Shown: positions 1 through 9,618 of the stretch, in pieces | How positions within the stretch are numbered: position 1 is the stretch's first letter | Layout of the letters: each line of letters starts with the position of its first letter | Assembly (NCBI RefSeq): GCF_003367075.2 | Contig: NZ_CP065936.1 | Span: 780,001 to 812,000 of the forward strand | Source of the DNA: Cylindrospermopsis raciborskii Cr2010 | GTDB taxonomy: Bacteria; Cyanobacteriota; Cyanobacteriia; Cyanobacteriales; Nostocaceae | DNA length: 32,000 bases | Direction: 5' to 3' | The notes under the pieces: model-generated | Databases searched by the model: none | What the model saw: only the letters and a program-made list of their open reading frames with translations | Told to the model about the DNA's origin: nothing | Translations under genes and position numbers: made by a program

Positions 1-389
1 CGACCTAGCATGAGGATTGATTTACCCGTTTCTACTAAATCTCGGATCATCCCAATAGTACCAAATATGGCTCGACCTACACGGCAAGTTAAGCCAATAA
101 TTTTACCATTGCGGTTGCGTATGGCACTGATACGATGTAAAGTTTGCTCGATACCAGCTCGATTATCTCCGCCAAAATTTCCTACTCGTTGAATACAATC
201 ATCTATTTGGGACTGGGTAACGGGGGACTGACTTAAATACTCAGCAGTACCCGGAAACCGAGCTTCTGGGAGACGCCCTAAATCCAACACCACTTCTACT
301 AAATTATCCCTTTGGGGATGATCTTGCAGCTGTTTTTCCAGGTCTTGGGGTAAAATTTCCAGTAACTTTTGCAGGTCTGTAATCGTCAT
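1..389 (-). CDS. R3H/AAA-ATPase nucleic-acid-binding protein (Ycf45-like), N-terminal part, truncated by window edge
   Basis: Reverse-strand reading from ATG at 389 gives [25 protein letters not shown]...[59 protein letters not shown], open to base 1. Not in the ORF track because it has no stop in the window. Confidence 0.8.
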   Translation of the reverse strand, partial: [129 protein letters not shown]

Positions 390-432
390 GCTTTCTATGG
401 TGGTGACGTTTTTAGAGATAACAAATGAGCTA

Positions 433-1554
433 TTAGAGATCTGACTGTGACTTGATTTGAGATACCAGAGAGCTGGCAAGTTTTACTGCTTGCCAGAGCA
501 GTTCTGGTTCATCCTCTAGCCGTTGACTTTTTCTTAGACTGGTGTTTACCTCCCAACTTTCTAACTGGTCAATCACTGGTGACAGCAATACCCGGGCATA
601 GCTTCCATAAGCAACACCCGCAAGTTGACCCGGGGAATTCTCTAATTTTCCATTCCCTAATATCCCCAGGGTCTTTAATTTGGAAGCGGTATAGTTATTA
701 GTACCGCCTGCCAACTGCACATGTCCCGGTAAGTTTGCTGCTAAAACTTTTTGTCCTAATTTTATCGCAGCTATGGTAGTACCATCCCCTATATCCCCAC
801 TCATAGATCTGCCATCTGTCTGCCAAATTAAAACTTGTGGAAGAGGTACTATCAGATTATAAACTGATTTTAAGTAGTCAATTAAACCCTCTCCATCATT
901 GCAACTGATGGCTAATAACTTTAATTTATTTGCCCAGGGGGCTATTTTCGACCACAAGTCCTCAAACTCTGGCAAACGTCCCACTTTTGTATGAATTTCA
1001 ATGGCATCTATTCCCGTGGACATGATCAAGGGTAGAATTGCTCCTAGAGGTGATAAATGAGAGACTGTGTCAATTATCCCATAAGGACAAATGGGGACAC
1101 AACGTCCACACCCGTAACATTTTTCTGCAATAATTCCTGAAGAACTATCTTTTTGATTGTTAATTTGACTATTAAATACTATAGCCTGAGCAGGACATAT
1201 TTTCTCACAAGGTTTGGAACAATTGTCTGGACAGTCTCTGGGATTGAATTTAGCTTTTCTAAAGTGTGGATCTTCACCGTCGTTGAGACTAACCATTAAT
1301 AAGGGTAAGTTCCCTTGCCAGTTAAATCCTTTTGCTTGTGTTTCTTTTACAAGGGTTTTAGCAACTGAAAAGGCCTGTTTAACCACATCAATTACAGCCG
1401 GATCAGCAGCAACATCTATACAGTCTGCACCTGCTAGGGTGTAAGCCAAGGTTAAACTCCTAACTGATGGTAAATGTTGGAAACTGGCACCACAAATCAG
1501 TTTGAACCAGTTACTTTGTCTAAGGGATCGTAAGGGGGCTAATAGTTCGTTCAT
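433..1554 (-). CDS. ldpA: LdpA, light-dependent period / circadian-clock-associated Fe-S protein
   Basis: WFKLICGASFQHLPSVRSLTLAYTLAGADCIDVAADPAV plus ferredoxin-type CPDNCSKPCEKICP and CYGCGRCVPICPYG clusters. ORF track start is 1620; internal ATG at 1554 avoids overlap with lepB. Confidence 0.88.
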   Translation of the reverse strand: MNELLAPLRSLRQSNWFKLICGASFQHLPSVRSLTLAYTLAGADCIDVAADPAVIDVVKQAFSVAKTLVKETQAKGFNWQGNLPLLMVSLNDGEDPHFRKAKFNPRDCPDNCSKPCEKICPAQAIVFNSQINNQKDSSSGIIAEKCYGCGRCVPICPYGIIDTVSHLSPLGAILPLIMSTGIDAIEIHTKVGRLPEFEDLWSKIAPWANKLKLLAISCNDGEGLIDYLKSVYNLIVPLPQVLIWQTDGRSMSGDIGDGTTIAAIKLGQKVLAANLPGHVQLAGGTNNYTASKLKTLGILGNGKLENSPGQLAGVAYGSYARVLLSPVIDQLESWEVNTSLRKSQRLEDEPELLWQAVKLASSLVSQIKSQSDL

Positions 1555-1576
1555 TCGAGCCAGGGTGAGAAACTGG

Positions 1577-2257
1577 TCATTCTTGGGTCGGGTATAGGGG
1601 AGGTGAGTCAATGCCACCAATCTTGTTCAAAGGCCAGAAACGAATTACGGCACGTCCAATAATTTTTTCTCTTGGCACAAGTCCCCAACAACGTCCATCA
1701 TAACTGCTGGGACGATTATCACCTAAAACTAAATAGGAGTTGGGTGGTATGGTTTGTGGTTGGGATAAGAAGGGACGCTGCGAAGTGGTTGTACACACAT
1801 CAATACCTGTGCGCACGGTGGGAAATAAATATTTTTCTTCGGCCAGAGATTTATTGTTAATATAGACTTTGCCATTCTTTAATTCTACCCTTTCACCCGG
1901 TAGACCAATAATGCGCTTGATGAAGGCATCATGGAATTGTTCCTTTTGTAGTTCATCTGTGGGGGAAAATACAACAATATCCCCCCGTTCAGGAGGAGAA
2001 AATTTATATTTCACCTTATCCACAATAATCTTATCCGCTTGCCATTGATCTTGTACACCATGGAGCGTGGGTTCCATTGATCCTGTGGGTATCCACCGCG
2101 CTTCAGCCACTAGGGTACGAACGCCTAAAGCTAATATACCGCTCAGCGCTAACGTTCTAACAACTTCCTTAATCCAGGAATTATTCTTTTTTTCACCGGA
2201 GTTTTGCTCGGACACTTGATTTTGCATGAAATTACTAGGTTTGGCATTGGGAACCAT
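1577..2257 (-). CDS. lepB: Signal peptidase I
   Basis: N-terminal TM segment, IPTGSMEPTL catalytic Ser box, KRIIGLPGERV, NYLVLGDNRPSSYDGRCWG motifs. Confidence 0.95.
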   Translation of the reverse strand: MVPNAKPSNFMQNQVSEQNSGEKKNNSWIKEVVRTLALSGILALGVRTLVAEARWIPTGSMEPTLHGVQDQWQADKIIVDKVKYKFSPPERGDIVVFSPTDELQKEQFHDAFIKRIIGLPGERVELKNGKVYINNKSLAEEKYLFPTVRTGIDVCTTTSQRPFLSQPQTIPPNSYLVLGDNRPSSYDGRCWGLVPREKIIGRAVIRFWPLNKIGGIDSPPLYPTQE

Positions 2258-2522
2258 TGACCAGAAATCGGAAAAGGTTGTTGACCAACTGACTGGAACA
2301 GGCCCTAAACCTATTCTGACATAATATTCCCAGTTGTTAATAAGTAGACATTAGTCAGAAAATTTACCCTGTATACAATAAAATCTAAGTATAGCCCTAG
2401 CTAAAAGGCTATATAAGAGGCTGTATATACAAATCTCAACTTGCCTGCCCATTTTCTGCTAGAATGAACTAAGTTAAATTACCGTAATCAAATTTGTTTT
2501 AGTTTTATATATTAATACTAAC

Positions 2523-3845
2523 ATGTCCAATTATCCTAGTTTATTGATTCGTCAAGCCCGTGTGCTGCTACCCAATGGTGATTTTATAACTGGGGATGTG
2601 CTAACCCAAAACAACAAAATAGTACAGGTAAGTTCAAATATATGTGCTGACACTTCTGTTGTGGAAATAGATGCTCAAGGATTAACTTTACTTCCCGGGG
2701 TAATTGATCCCCAAGTGCATTTCCGTGAACCCGGTTTAGAATACAAGGAAGACCTATTTACTGCCAGTTGTGCTTGTGCTAAAGGTGGTGTCACTTCCTT
2801 TTTGGAAATGCCAAATACAAAACCTTTAACTACTAATCAGTCAGCTTTAGACGACAAACTTCATAGGGCATCTCAAAAGTCTTTGGTTAATTATGGCTTT
2901 TTTATTGGAGCAACAGCAGATAACTTAACAGAGTTACTGACGGTTAATCCCACACCGGGAATTAAAATTTTTATGGGTTCTATGCATGGCGACCTATTAA
3001 TTGATGAAGAAGCCATTCTAGACAGAATATTTTCCCAGGGTAGTCGCTTAATAGCTGTTCACGCTGAAGACCAGTCCAGAATTCGTCAACGTCGTCAACA
3101 ATTTGCCGATATTCACGACCCAGCCATTCACTCTCAAATTCAAGACTCCCAGGCCGCTTTAAATGCAACCCAGTTAGCACTAAAACTTTCTCAAAAGTAT
3201 CATAGACGTCTACATATTTTACACTTATCTACAGGAGTGGAAGCAGAATTACTGCGTCAGTACAAACCTAGCTGGGTAACGGCAGAGGTCACGCCACAAC
3301 ACCTGTTGTTAAATACTGAGGCTTATAGCACCATAGGCACCCTAGCACAAATGAATCCTCCCTTGCGATCGCCCGAGGATAATCAAGTGCTATGGCAGGC
3401 TTTGCGAGATGGTGTAATTGATTTCATTGCTACAGATCATGCTCCCCACACCCTAGAAGAGAAAGCCCAGATTTACCCTAACACACCTTCTGGTATGCCA
3501 GGTGTAGAGACTTCTCTTCCATTAATGTTAACGGCAGCAATGGATGGTAAATGTACTGTCTCCCAAGTAGCAAATTGGATGTCTAAAGCAGTAGCTGTGG
3601 GGTATGGAATTCCCAATAAGGGAGAAATTACTCCTGGTTACGATGCGGATTTGGTCTTAGTGGACTTAAATAATTATAAACCTGTAAAAAGGGAAGATTT
3701 ATTAAGCAAATGTGGTTGGAGTCCATTTGAGGGTTGGAACTTAACAGGTTGGCCCGTACAAACCATAGTAGGTGGTCAAATTGTCTATGCCGAAGGGAAA
3801 GTAAACCCACAGATTCGCGGTCAGGCATTAAGTTTTAGTGGTTAG
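2523..3845 (+). CDS. pyrC: Dihydroorotase
   Basis: DVLTQNNKIVQVSS..GLTLLPGVIDPQVHFREPG, DFIATDHAPHTLEEK, ADLVLVDL; amidohydrolase-family dihydroorotase. Confidence 0.93.
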   Translation: MSNYPSLLIRQARVLLPNGDFITGDVLTQNNKIVQVSSNICADTSVVEIDAQGLTLLPGVIDPQVHFREPGLEYKEDLFTASCACAKGGVTSFLEMPNTKPLTTNQSALDDKLHRASQKSLVNYGFFIGATADNLTELLTVNPTPGIKIFMGSMHGDLLIDEEAILDRIFSQGSRLIAVHAEDQSRIRQRRQQFADIHDPAIHSQIQDSQAALNATQLALKLSQKYHRRLHILHLSTGVEAELLRQYKPSWVTAEVTPQHLLLNTEAYSTIGTLAQMNPPLRSPEDNQVLWQALRDGVIDFIATDHAPHTLEEKAQIYPNTPSGMPGVETSLPLMLTAAMDGKCTVSQVANWMSKAVAVGYGIPNKGEITPGYDADLVLVDLNNYKPVKREDLLSKCGWSPFEGWNLTGWPVQTIVGGQIVYAEGKVNPQIRGQALSFSG

Positions 3846-3890
3846 CCATCAACCACAATAATTTTTTAGTTTATTTCTTAATCTATTCAA

Positions 3891-4262
3891 TTGTCTATGG
3901 ATCAAATATCGCCCGCTGCTACACACGAAATCAATGCTTACTTGCCATATATTCAGGGTAATAAGCGTAATTTATTACCCTGGGCTATCACCCTCTATCA
4001 AAAGGGTTGTATTGATGGGGAGCGGAAAATAGAAGGTAGTGACAATATTCCCTTCACGGCCAAATGGAATATTAGTACCCTACCTACGGATTTAACTTGT
4101 TGTAGTGTACACTTTCATGCTCCTGGGGAGTTTGCCTATGAAGTAACTATGACTGGCTTTGAATTTGTAGACTTTCTAATTCAAGTCATAGAAAATTATA
4201 AGAGAAATAGAATTGTTGATTTTTCCAAAGCCTTTTACCGTAAACTCCTGTGTCCGGAATAA
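3891..4262 (+). CDS. ebsA: EbsA-like small protein (type IV pilus biogenesis / biofilm self-suppression family)
   Basis: 123 aa; YLPYIQGNKRNLLPWAITLYQKGCIDGERKIEGSDNIPFTAKW...SFEFVDFLIQVIENYKR pattern remembered from cyanobacterial EbsA, located next to a phosphotransacetylase-family gene. Confidence 0.55.
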   Translation: MSMDQISPAATHEINAYLPYIQGNKRNLLPWAITLYQKGCIDGERKIEGSDNIPFTAKWNISTLPTDLTCCSVHFHAPGEFAYEVTMTGFEFVDFLIQVIENYKRNRIVDFSKAFYRKLLCPE

Positions 4263-4268
4263 TGGTTT

Positions 4269-5483
4269 TTGGAAATTATAGCTTTAATTTCAGAGCAAAC
4301 GGTAAGCTCTACCGAGATTACTTGTGGAGTAGGCAAACCCGATAAAAATATCGGACAGTTCAAATTAGGAGCGCAGGGCGTGGCAACATCTGTTAAAAAT
4401 TTTAAGTATTTGCTAATTGGCTCAATAGAGGCTTACAGCGGCAAATCTGCAACCCTGCTGGGGTTATCTTACCAACTAAGACAAAAGGGATTAGGTATAG
4501 CCTATGGCAAACCGCTGGGTAATAGTGCATTCAATCCCAAGATCAATCCGATGGAAGAAGATGTGCAATTTATGATCGAAAGCTTGAAACTGGGTGAAAA
4601 TCTGGTTGCACCGACTCTGTTGGGCTTAAATGAGGTTAGTGTGCAAAAACGATTAACGGGTGAGGATAAAACTAATTACCAGGAACTACTGGTAGAGCAT
4701 TATTTACAAGTCCCACGGGGAGATTTGATGCTCTTGGAAGGGCCAGGTAATTTGAACGAGGGAAATTTATTTGGTTTATCCTTACCAGAAGTTGCTAATA
4801 TCTTAGATGGTGGTGTAATTTTAGTCCACCGTTATCAGTCTCTCCTCTCAGTAGAGACAATTTTATCAGCCCAAACAATTATAGGTTCTAGATTAGAAGG
4901 AATCAGCTCACGCTTGCTTGGTGTAATAATCAATGAAGTCCCCCCAGAACAGTTGAACACTGCCAATGATCTCCTGCGCCCATTTTTGGAAGAACGGGGA
5001 ATTCCTGTATTAGCCATACTGCCAAAGAACGCCTTACTCCGTAGCGTTAGTGTACGGGAGCTAGTCAAACAGTTGAAAGCTGATATTTTATGTCGTGAAG
5101 ATCGCTTAGACTTATTAGTCGAAAGTCTGGCTATTGGGGCCATGAATGTCAATGCCGCAGTTAAATATTTCCGCAAACGTCGTAACAAGGCAGTGGTTAC
5201 AGGAGGGGATCGGGTAGAAATTCAACAAGCAGCTTTAGAAACATCTACTCAATGTCTAATCCTCACGGGACAATTACCTCCTCCACCTTTCATCCTGCAC
5301 CGGGCCGAAGAACTGGAAATTCCTATTTTATCAGTGGATCTTGACACCTTGACCACAGTAGAGATTGTTGATCGAGCCTTTGGTCATGTTCGGTTCCATG
5401 AACCTCTTAAAGTGGAGTGCATAAATAAACTAATGTCCGAACACTTCGATACCAACCGTCTCTTGTCACAACTAGGAGATTAA
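4269..5483 (+). CDS. Phosphotransacetylase-family protein (BioD/CobQ-like P-loop + DRTGG domain)
   Basis: KYLLIGSIEAYSGKSATLLGLSYQL P-loop; VNEVPPEQLNTANDLLRPFLEERGIPVLAILPKN; C-terminal DRTGG-like VVTGGDRVEIQQAALETSTQCLILTG. ORF uses TTG at 4269; GTG at 4380 is an alternative start closer to the P-loop domain. Confidence 0.8.
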   Translation: MEIIALISEQTVSSTEITCGVGKPDKNIGQFKLGAQGVATSVKNFKYLLIGSIEAYSGKSATLLGLSYQLRQKGLGIAYGKPLGNSAFNPKINPMEEDVQFMIESLKLGENLVAPTLLGLNEVSVQKRLTGEDKTNYQELLVEHYLQVPRGDLMLLEGPGNLNEGNLFGLSLPEVANILDGGVILVHRYQSLLSVETILSAQTIIGSRLEGISSRLLGVIINEVPPEQLNTANDLLRPFLEERGIPVLAILPKNALLRSVSVRELVKQLKADILCREDRLDLLVESLAIGAMNVNAAVKYFRKRRNKAVVTGGDRVEIQQAALETSTQCLILTGQLPPPPFILHRAEELEIPILSVDLDTLTTVEIVDRAFGHVRFHEPLKVECINKLMSEHFDTNRLLSQLGD

Positions 5484-5576
5484 GAAAAAAGATAGAAATC
5501 TGTAACTTCATTTGGCCGATTACCTGCAGGCCATTTGGTACAATAGTTGGGTTGTTTAATCCGATAATCTCTATCT

Positions 5577-6080
5577 TTGAGCCAGTCAACAGAACTGATT
5601 AACCTAGATACTTTAGCACAGGAACTGGCGACAATCCAACAAACTGGTTCCAAAAGAATCGCTCTGTTAGGTTCCCGTCACGTACCAATTACTCATCAAA
5701 ATCTTATTGAAATGATGACTTATGCCCTGGTTTTGTCGGGCAATCGCATTATTACTTCCGGTGCTACAGGTACTAACTCCGCTGCTATCAGAGGTGCGAC
5801 CCGTGCGGATCCGAATTTACTGACGGTAATTCTACCCCAAAGTTTGGAACGCCAACCCTCTGAATCCCGCCAACAACTAGAGCAGGTGATGCATCTAGTA
5901 GAAAATCCTAGTAATGATAATCTTTCCCTGAGTGAGGCTAGCCAGTTGTGCAATAGAGAAATTGTTTCTCGCTGTCAGCAATTGGTGTGCTTTGCCTTCC
6001 ATGATAGTCGTACTCTCTTGGAAACTTGTAAAGAAGCGGAAGAACAAAGAAAAGTGGTAACCTTGTTCTATTTCGATTAA
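5577..6080 (+). CDS. DNA recombination-mediator protein A-like (DprA-like Rossmann) protein
   Basis: RIALLGSRHVPITHQNLIEMMTYALVLSGNRIITSGATGTNSAAIRGA ... QLVCFAFHDSRTLLETCKEAEEQRKVVTLFYFD. Confidence 0.72.
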   Translation: MSQSTELINLDTLAQELATIQQTGSKRIALLGSRHVPITHQNLIEMMTYALVLSGNRIITSGATGTNSAAIRGATRADPNLLTVILPQSLERQPSESRQQLEQVMHLVENPSNDNLSLSEASQLCNREIVSRCQQLVCFAFHDSRTLLETCKEAEEQRKVVTLFYFD

Positions 6081-6240
6081 AATGAGATCATGGCCCCAAC
6101 CACTTACAAGGGGTGGAGTAGGGCCAAAACGCCTACTGATACGAATGACTAATTACCAGTGAGTACTGGGTAATAACTATGATTACTCAGTATTCATCAT
6201 TATTCATTTAAGATAACACTAAAGGTATTATATTTTTCCT

Positions 6241-6732
6241 ATGGCATCTAGTTTTTCTTTCGATATTGTCAGCGATTTTGACCGTCAAGAATTGGTCAAT
6301 GCGGTTGATCAGGTGATACGAGACATCAAAAGCCGTTATGATCTCAAAGATACCCAAACCACCGTGGAGTTGGGGGAAAAAACTGTTACTATTAATACTG
6401 ACAGCAATATGACTTTGGAGTCAGTGCATGGTATACTGCGGGAAAAGGCTGCTAAACGTAATCTATCACAAAAGATCTTTGATTTTGGTCAGGTTGAGTC
6501 TGCTAGCGGTAATCGTGTCCGTCAAGAAATTACCCTGAAAAAGGGCATTAATCAGGATATTGCTAAACAAATATCTAAACTAATTCGTGACAATTTTAAG
6601 AAGGTACAGGCTTCTATTCAAGGGGATGCAGTAAGGGTTACAGCCAAAGCCAAGGATGACTTACAAGCTGTAATCCAAAGCTTAAAAGAAGAGGATTTTC
6701 CTGTAGCTTTACAATTCACTAACTACCGTTAA
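6241..6732 (+). CDS. YajQ-family nucleotide-binding protein
   Basis: [36 protein letters not shown] ... [34 protein letters not shown], full length. Confidence 0.95.
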   Translation: MASSFSFDIVSDFDRQELVNAVDQVIRDIKSRYDLKDTQTTVELGEKTVTINTDSNMTLESVHGILREKAAKRNLSQKIFDFGQVESASGNRVRQEITLKKGINQDIAKQISKLIRDNFKKVQASIQGDAVRVTAKAKDDLQAVIQSLKEEDFPVALQFTNYR

Positions 6733-6753
6733 AACGAGGAATTCCTCTTTCAA

Positions 6754-7314
6754 CTAGTTACTTCTTGCACCTATGGTGTTTTGAAATGCTGGACGAAGGG
6801 AGATGTTATGCATGTAGTTTAAGACTGCTGGGTAGTTACTTAAGTCCAGCTTCAGCATAATGGGGATATAGCTGAGTATAGATCCTACAGCTACATCAGC
6901 AACGGTAAACTGATCCCCTAGTAGAAATGGTTGTTGAGAAAAAATATCATTTAAGGGACCTAATAAACGCGGCATTTCTTTTTCTCGGTTGGTTTCTATG
7001 AATATACCTGTGGCTAAGGTCGAATTAGCAAATAGTACCCACTGGTAAAAGGTTGCTTGGGTCTCTAAAGATGAGGATACCTGACTGTACTTTTGGGCCA
7101 AGTATAACAAAATTGCTCCCGATTCCCAAAGTTTTAACTCACCATCTACAATTGCTGGCACTTTTCCAATAGGATTAATTGCTAAGAAATCTGGTTTTAG
7201 ATGCTCTCCTGCTTTCATATCCAGATTCACAAACTCGTATGGAACATTTAGCTCCTCTAAATACCACTTAATAATTGATGCTCGACTAAAAAGGCTACCG
7301 TATAGTTTCAACAT
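6754..7314 (-). CDS. Glutathione S-transferase family protein
   Basis: MLKLYGSLFSRASIIKWYLEELNVPYEFVNLDMKAGEH..NPIGKVPAIVDGELKLWESGAILLYLAQ, DQFTVADVAVGSILSY. Confidence 0.93.
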   Translation of the reverse strand: MLKLYGSLFSRASIIKWYLEELNVPYEFVNLDMKAGEHLKPDFLAINPIGKVPAIVDGELKLWESGAILLYLAQKYSQVSSSLETQATFYQWVLFANSTLATGIFIETNREKEMPRLLGPLNDIFSQQPFLLGDQFTVADVAVGSILSYIPIMLKLDLSNYPAVLNYMHNISLRPAFQNTIGARSN

Positions 7315-7359
7315 ATTTGACTAATCATTACTCCAAGTTTTTCAAGTGGTAATTTATCT

Positions 7360-7824
7360 TTAAAGCACCTTGTGGGTGTGGGAATGTTGTTTAATATTGT
7401 CTTCTTTGGTAACAATTCTAGCAGCGTTTAATACTCGTTTACGCTCCGTAGAATAATTAAAATCACTTTTAGTTGTGCCAAGGGGAATTAAGCTTTGAGC
7501 TGATTCCCGTCGTTTATAAGTGCGCGTCGCAGAAAATGTTCTTGGCAAAAACTCTTCGCTAAATTGGGCAGTTTCAGGAAATCCAGAGGGTAATAACAGG
7601 TTTTCTCCATCTAGTATGGATCCTAAAGTGGTTGCATAAGCTAGTTTGTATGATGTAGGTATCCCTTTTATTATCGCTTCTAATGCTGCTGAAGGAATTG
7701 GTTCAATAATTTCAAGTTCATGCACCTCTCCATCTTCCTTATAAAAACAAGTCGCTAAACCAATAACTATATAATCATCGGTTCTCAGGTCTAAACCATT
7801 GGGATGGGAAATTGCCGTTGTCAT
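7360..7824 (-). CDS. Conserved-looking hypothetical protein
   Basis: ORF 7360..7905; ATG at 7824 (MTTAISHPNGLDLRTDDYIVIGLATCFYKEDGEVHELEIIEPIPSAALEAI) is the likelier start. Confidence 0.6.
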   Translation of the reverse strand: MTTAISHPNGLDLRTDDYIVIGLATCFYKEDGEVHELEIIEPIPSAALEAIIKGIPTSYKLAYATTLGSILDGENLLLPSGFPETAQFSEEFLPRTFSATRTYKRRESAQSLIPLGTTKSDFNYSTERKRVLNAARIVTKEDNIKQHSHTHKVL

Positions 7825-8178
7825 GGAGTTTACTCGGAATGTGAATTTTTCGTGAATTTTTTGGTTTATGCAATAGTAGGGGGTGACACTAGGAGCTGAC
7901 CACACAGAGTATTAATCAGCTTTTTGCTTGATTATAACTCCTTACTTCCTCAATTTTGACACACATCCAAATTCTGTCTGGAATTAGTCTTGGGAGTGAT
8001 GTATATGTTTCTGGGTCTATGGCCTAATTGTATAGGTAGTTTGAATTGATTCTCACCTGTTTACTCCTTAATTTCTAAATGGCACACAGATGGCAGTAAT
8101 ACAGTAGTATAATTGAACTACCAGCAAGAAAAATTTTATCGTTTGATTTCATAGGGCAATTAGCTTGAGCAGAAATAT

Positions 8179-8907
8179 ATGGATAGTTACTCTTTTTTAA
8201 ATTCTCACACTCACAATAACCCTTTATATAAAAGAAACAATTGGCAAAGTTCTTACAACTCTTATAACCAAAAAGAATTAGCAGATTCAGATATAGGCAC
8301 TTTAAAGGATGAAAAGTATATGCGATCCTACGCTTTAAAGTTAGCTCATCAAGGAGAGTACACAAAGGCGATCGCCTTGCTGGACCGAATAATTGATAGT
8401 CATCCTGAAAATGCTATTGACTATAATAACAGGGGATTAATCTACTTTCAAAGCGGTCATGCTCAAAAAGCACTTCTGGACTACAATACTGCCATGCAGC
8501 TGAACCCCAGGTTGGCCAGCGTTTATAATAACCGAGCTAACTACTATGCTGCTCGTGGTGATTTAGTTAAGGCACTGTCTGACTATGACCAAGCCTTGGA
8601 TTTAAATCCCCGCTACGTACGCGCCTGGATTAATCGAGGTATTACCTTACGAGAATTAGGAGAGTACAAAGATGCCATTGATGATCTTGAAGTTGCCCTG
8701 CTGTTTGGTCAACTCGAGATTCACATTTGGTCAGAACGGGGTAGGAGTTACCACCTGTGGGGTGATTGGAACTGTGCGATCGCAGATTACCGTAGGGTCT
8801 TATCCCATACAATGTCTTTAGATAAGATAGAGGATATAATCACCTATAGGCTAAGGCTACAAGTGGAAAATTGGTTAGGAGAATTAGGTTTTTCCACATA
8901 TAAATGA
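8179..8907 (+). CDS. Tetratricopeptide repeat protein
   Basis: Consecutive TPRs: ALKLAHQGEYTKAIALLDRIIDSHPENAIDYNNRGLIYFQSGHAQKALLDYNTAMQLNPRLASVYNNRANYYAARGDLVKALSDYDQALDLNPRY. Confidence 0.9.
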   Translation: MDSYSFLNSHTHNNPLYKRNNWQSSYNSYNQKELADSDIGTLKDEKYMRSYALKLAHQGEYTKAIALLDRIIDSHPENAIDYNNRGLIYFQSGHAQKALLDYNTAMQLNPRLASVYNNRANYYAARGDLVKALSDYDQALDLNPRYVRAWINRGITLRELGEYKDAIDDLEVALLFGQLEIHIWSERGRSYHLWGDWNCAIADYRRVLSHTMSLDKIEDIITYRLRLQVENWLGELGFSTYK

Positions 8908-8920
8908 ACTAAATATATAA

Positions 8921-8959
8921 GTGGGTGGGCGGAATTAAATGTAAATTGTGCCTCCCCAC
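8921..8959. repeat. Small palindromic dispersed repeat, copy A
   Basis: GTGGGTGGGCGGAATTAAATGTAAATTGTGCCTCCCCAC: terminal 10 nt are imperfect inverted repeats (8/10). A second copy, split by another repeat, lies at 17999-18104. Confidence 0.7.
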
Positions 8960-9370
8960 TTACTGCGTGGAATCTGGGGGTTCGACAGTTTTTCTGTCCG
9001 GATTAACCAGTATAATTTGCCGCTGGTTAGGTTGTAAGCGGTAGGAGTGTTCTCTCATAATGCTTTGAGCTTGACTAGGATCAAAATTACGGGTAAATTC
9101 TTCTCTTAAGGTGCCAACGCGGTTTTTCATAATCTTAACTTGTGTCTCTATATTTTCTAACTTGTCTTGCTGTAACAAGTAATGGGGGAACAACCGTGTC
9201 AGTGCGGATATTGATACTGAAATAATAAGTAAATTTACTATAATTTTGCCAAAAACTTCCAGTCCCATAATTAAATGCGATCGCTGGCGAAGGTGTCTTT
9301 TCAACTGACGGCGTACAGTTGAAGATGGTTTTTCAGGCTGTAGTGGTGGTATATATTCAAATGCTTTCAT
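8960..9370 (-). CDS. Small membrane protein of unknown function (single TM)
   Basis: 136 aa; basic N-terminus then VFGKIIVNLLIISVSISALTRLF TM segment. Confidence 0.6.
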   Translation of the reverse strand: MKAFEYIPPLQPEKPSSTVRRQLKRHLRQRSHLIMGLEVFGKIIVNLLIISVSISALTRLFPHYLLQQDKLENIETQVKIMKNRVGTLREEFTRNFDPSQAQSIMREHSYRLQPNQRQIILVNPDRKTVEPPDSTQ

Positions 9371-9422
9371 TGTGCTAAATAGCCCTCACGTATCATGCCC
9401 ACCATGGTAATCCATTTAAGCT

Positions 9423-9445
9423 TCTCCGGTCTAAAGACACGGAGA
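9423..9445. other. Hairpin resembling a subterminal IS200/IS605-type end
   Basis: TCTCCG-g-TCT-aa-AGA-ca-CGGAGA within AAGCTTCTCCGGTCTAAAGACACGGAGATTTCTGAAG; no tnpA/tnpB ORF nearby. Confidence 0.35.
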
Positions 9446-9618
9446 TTTCTGAAGAGTCCATAAACGAACTTTCTGAGGCTGGCTTAAACAGCCTCTACTG
9501 ATTCTGCTAAAATTAATTCTTAGCATCACCGCTACTTTAAGTTGATTTCGAAAGTATAGCTCAGATAAGACTTACTTGTCAATAGCAGCCACAAAATAAC
9601 ATAAAGACAACACTGGAA

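Noticed and set aside
10-192. Plus-strand ORF 10..192 in the track
   Set aside because: Antisense to the convincing R3H/AAA reading frame on the minus strand; no independent support.
1214-1860. ORFs 1214..1444 (+) and 1672..1860 (+)
   Set aside because: Shadow frames antisense to ldpA and lepB.
2980-3828. Minus-strand ORFs inside pyrC (2980..3180, 3628..3828)
   Set aside because: Antisense shadows of a well-supported gene with no family features.
4835-5953. Minus-strand ORFs 4835..5188, 5407..5589 and 5720..5953
   Set aside because: Lie within or across phosphotransacetylase and DprA-like coding frames; low-complexity translations.
6100-6240. Imperfect hairpins between the DprA-like and yajQ genes (e.g. 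ATTACCAGT..ACTGGGTAAT)
   Set aside because: Short, imperfect and intergenic; compatible with an ordinary terminator, no U-tract strong enough to annotate.
8075-8365. Minus-strand ORF 8075..8365
   Set aside because: Overlaps the start of the TPR gene; translation has no recognisable features.
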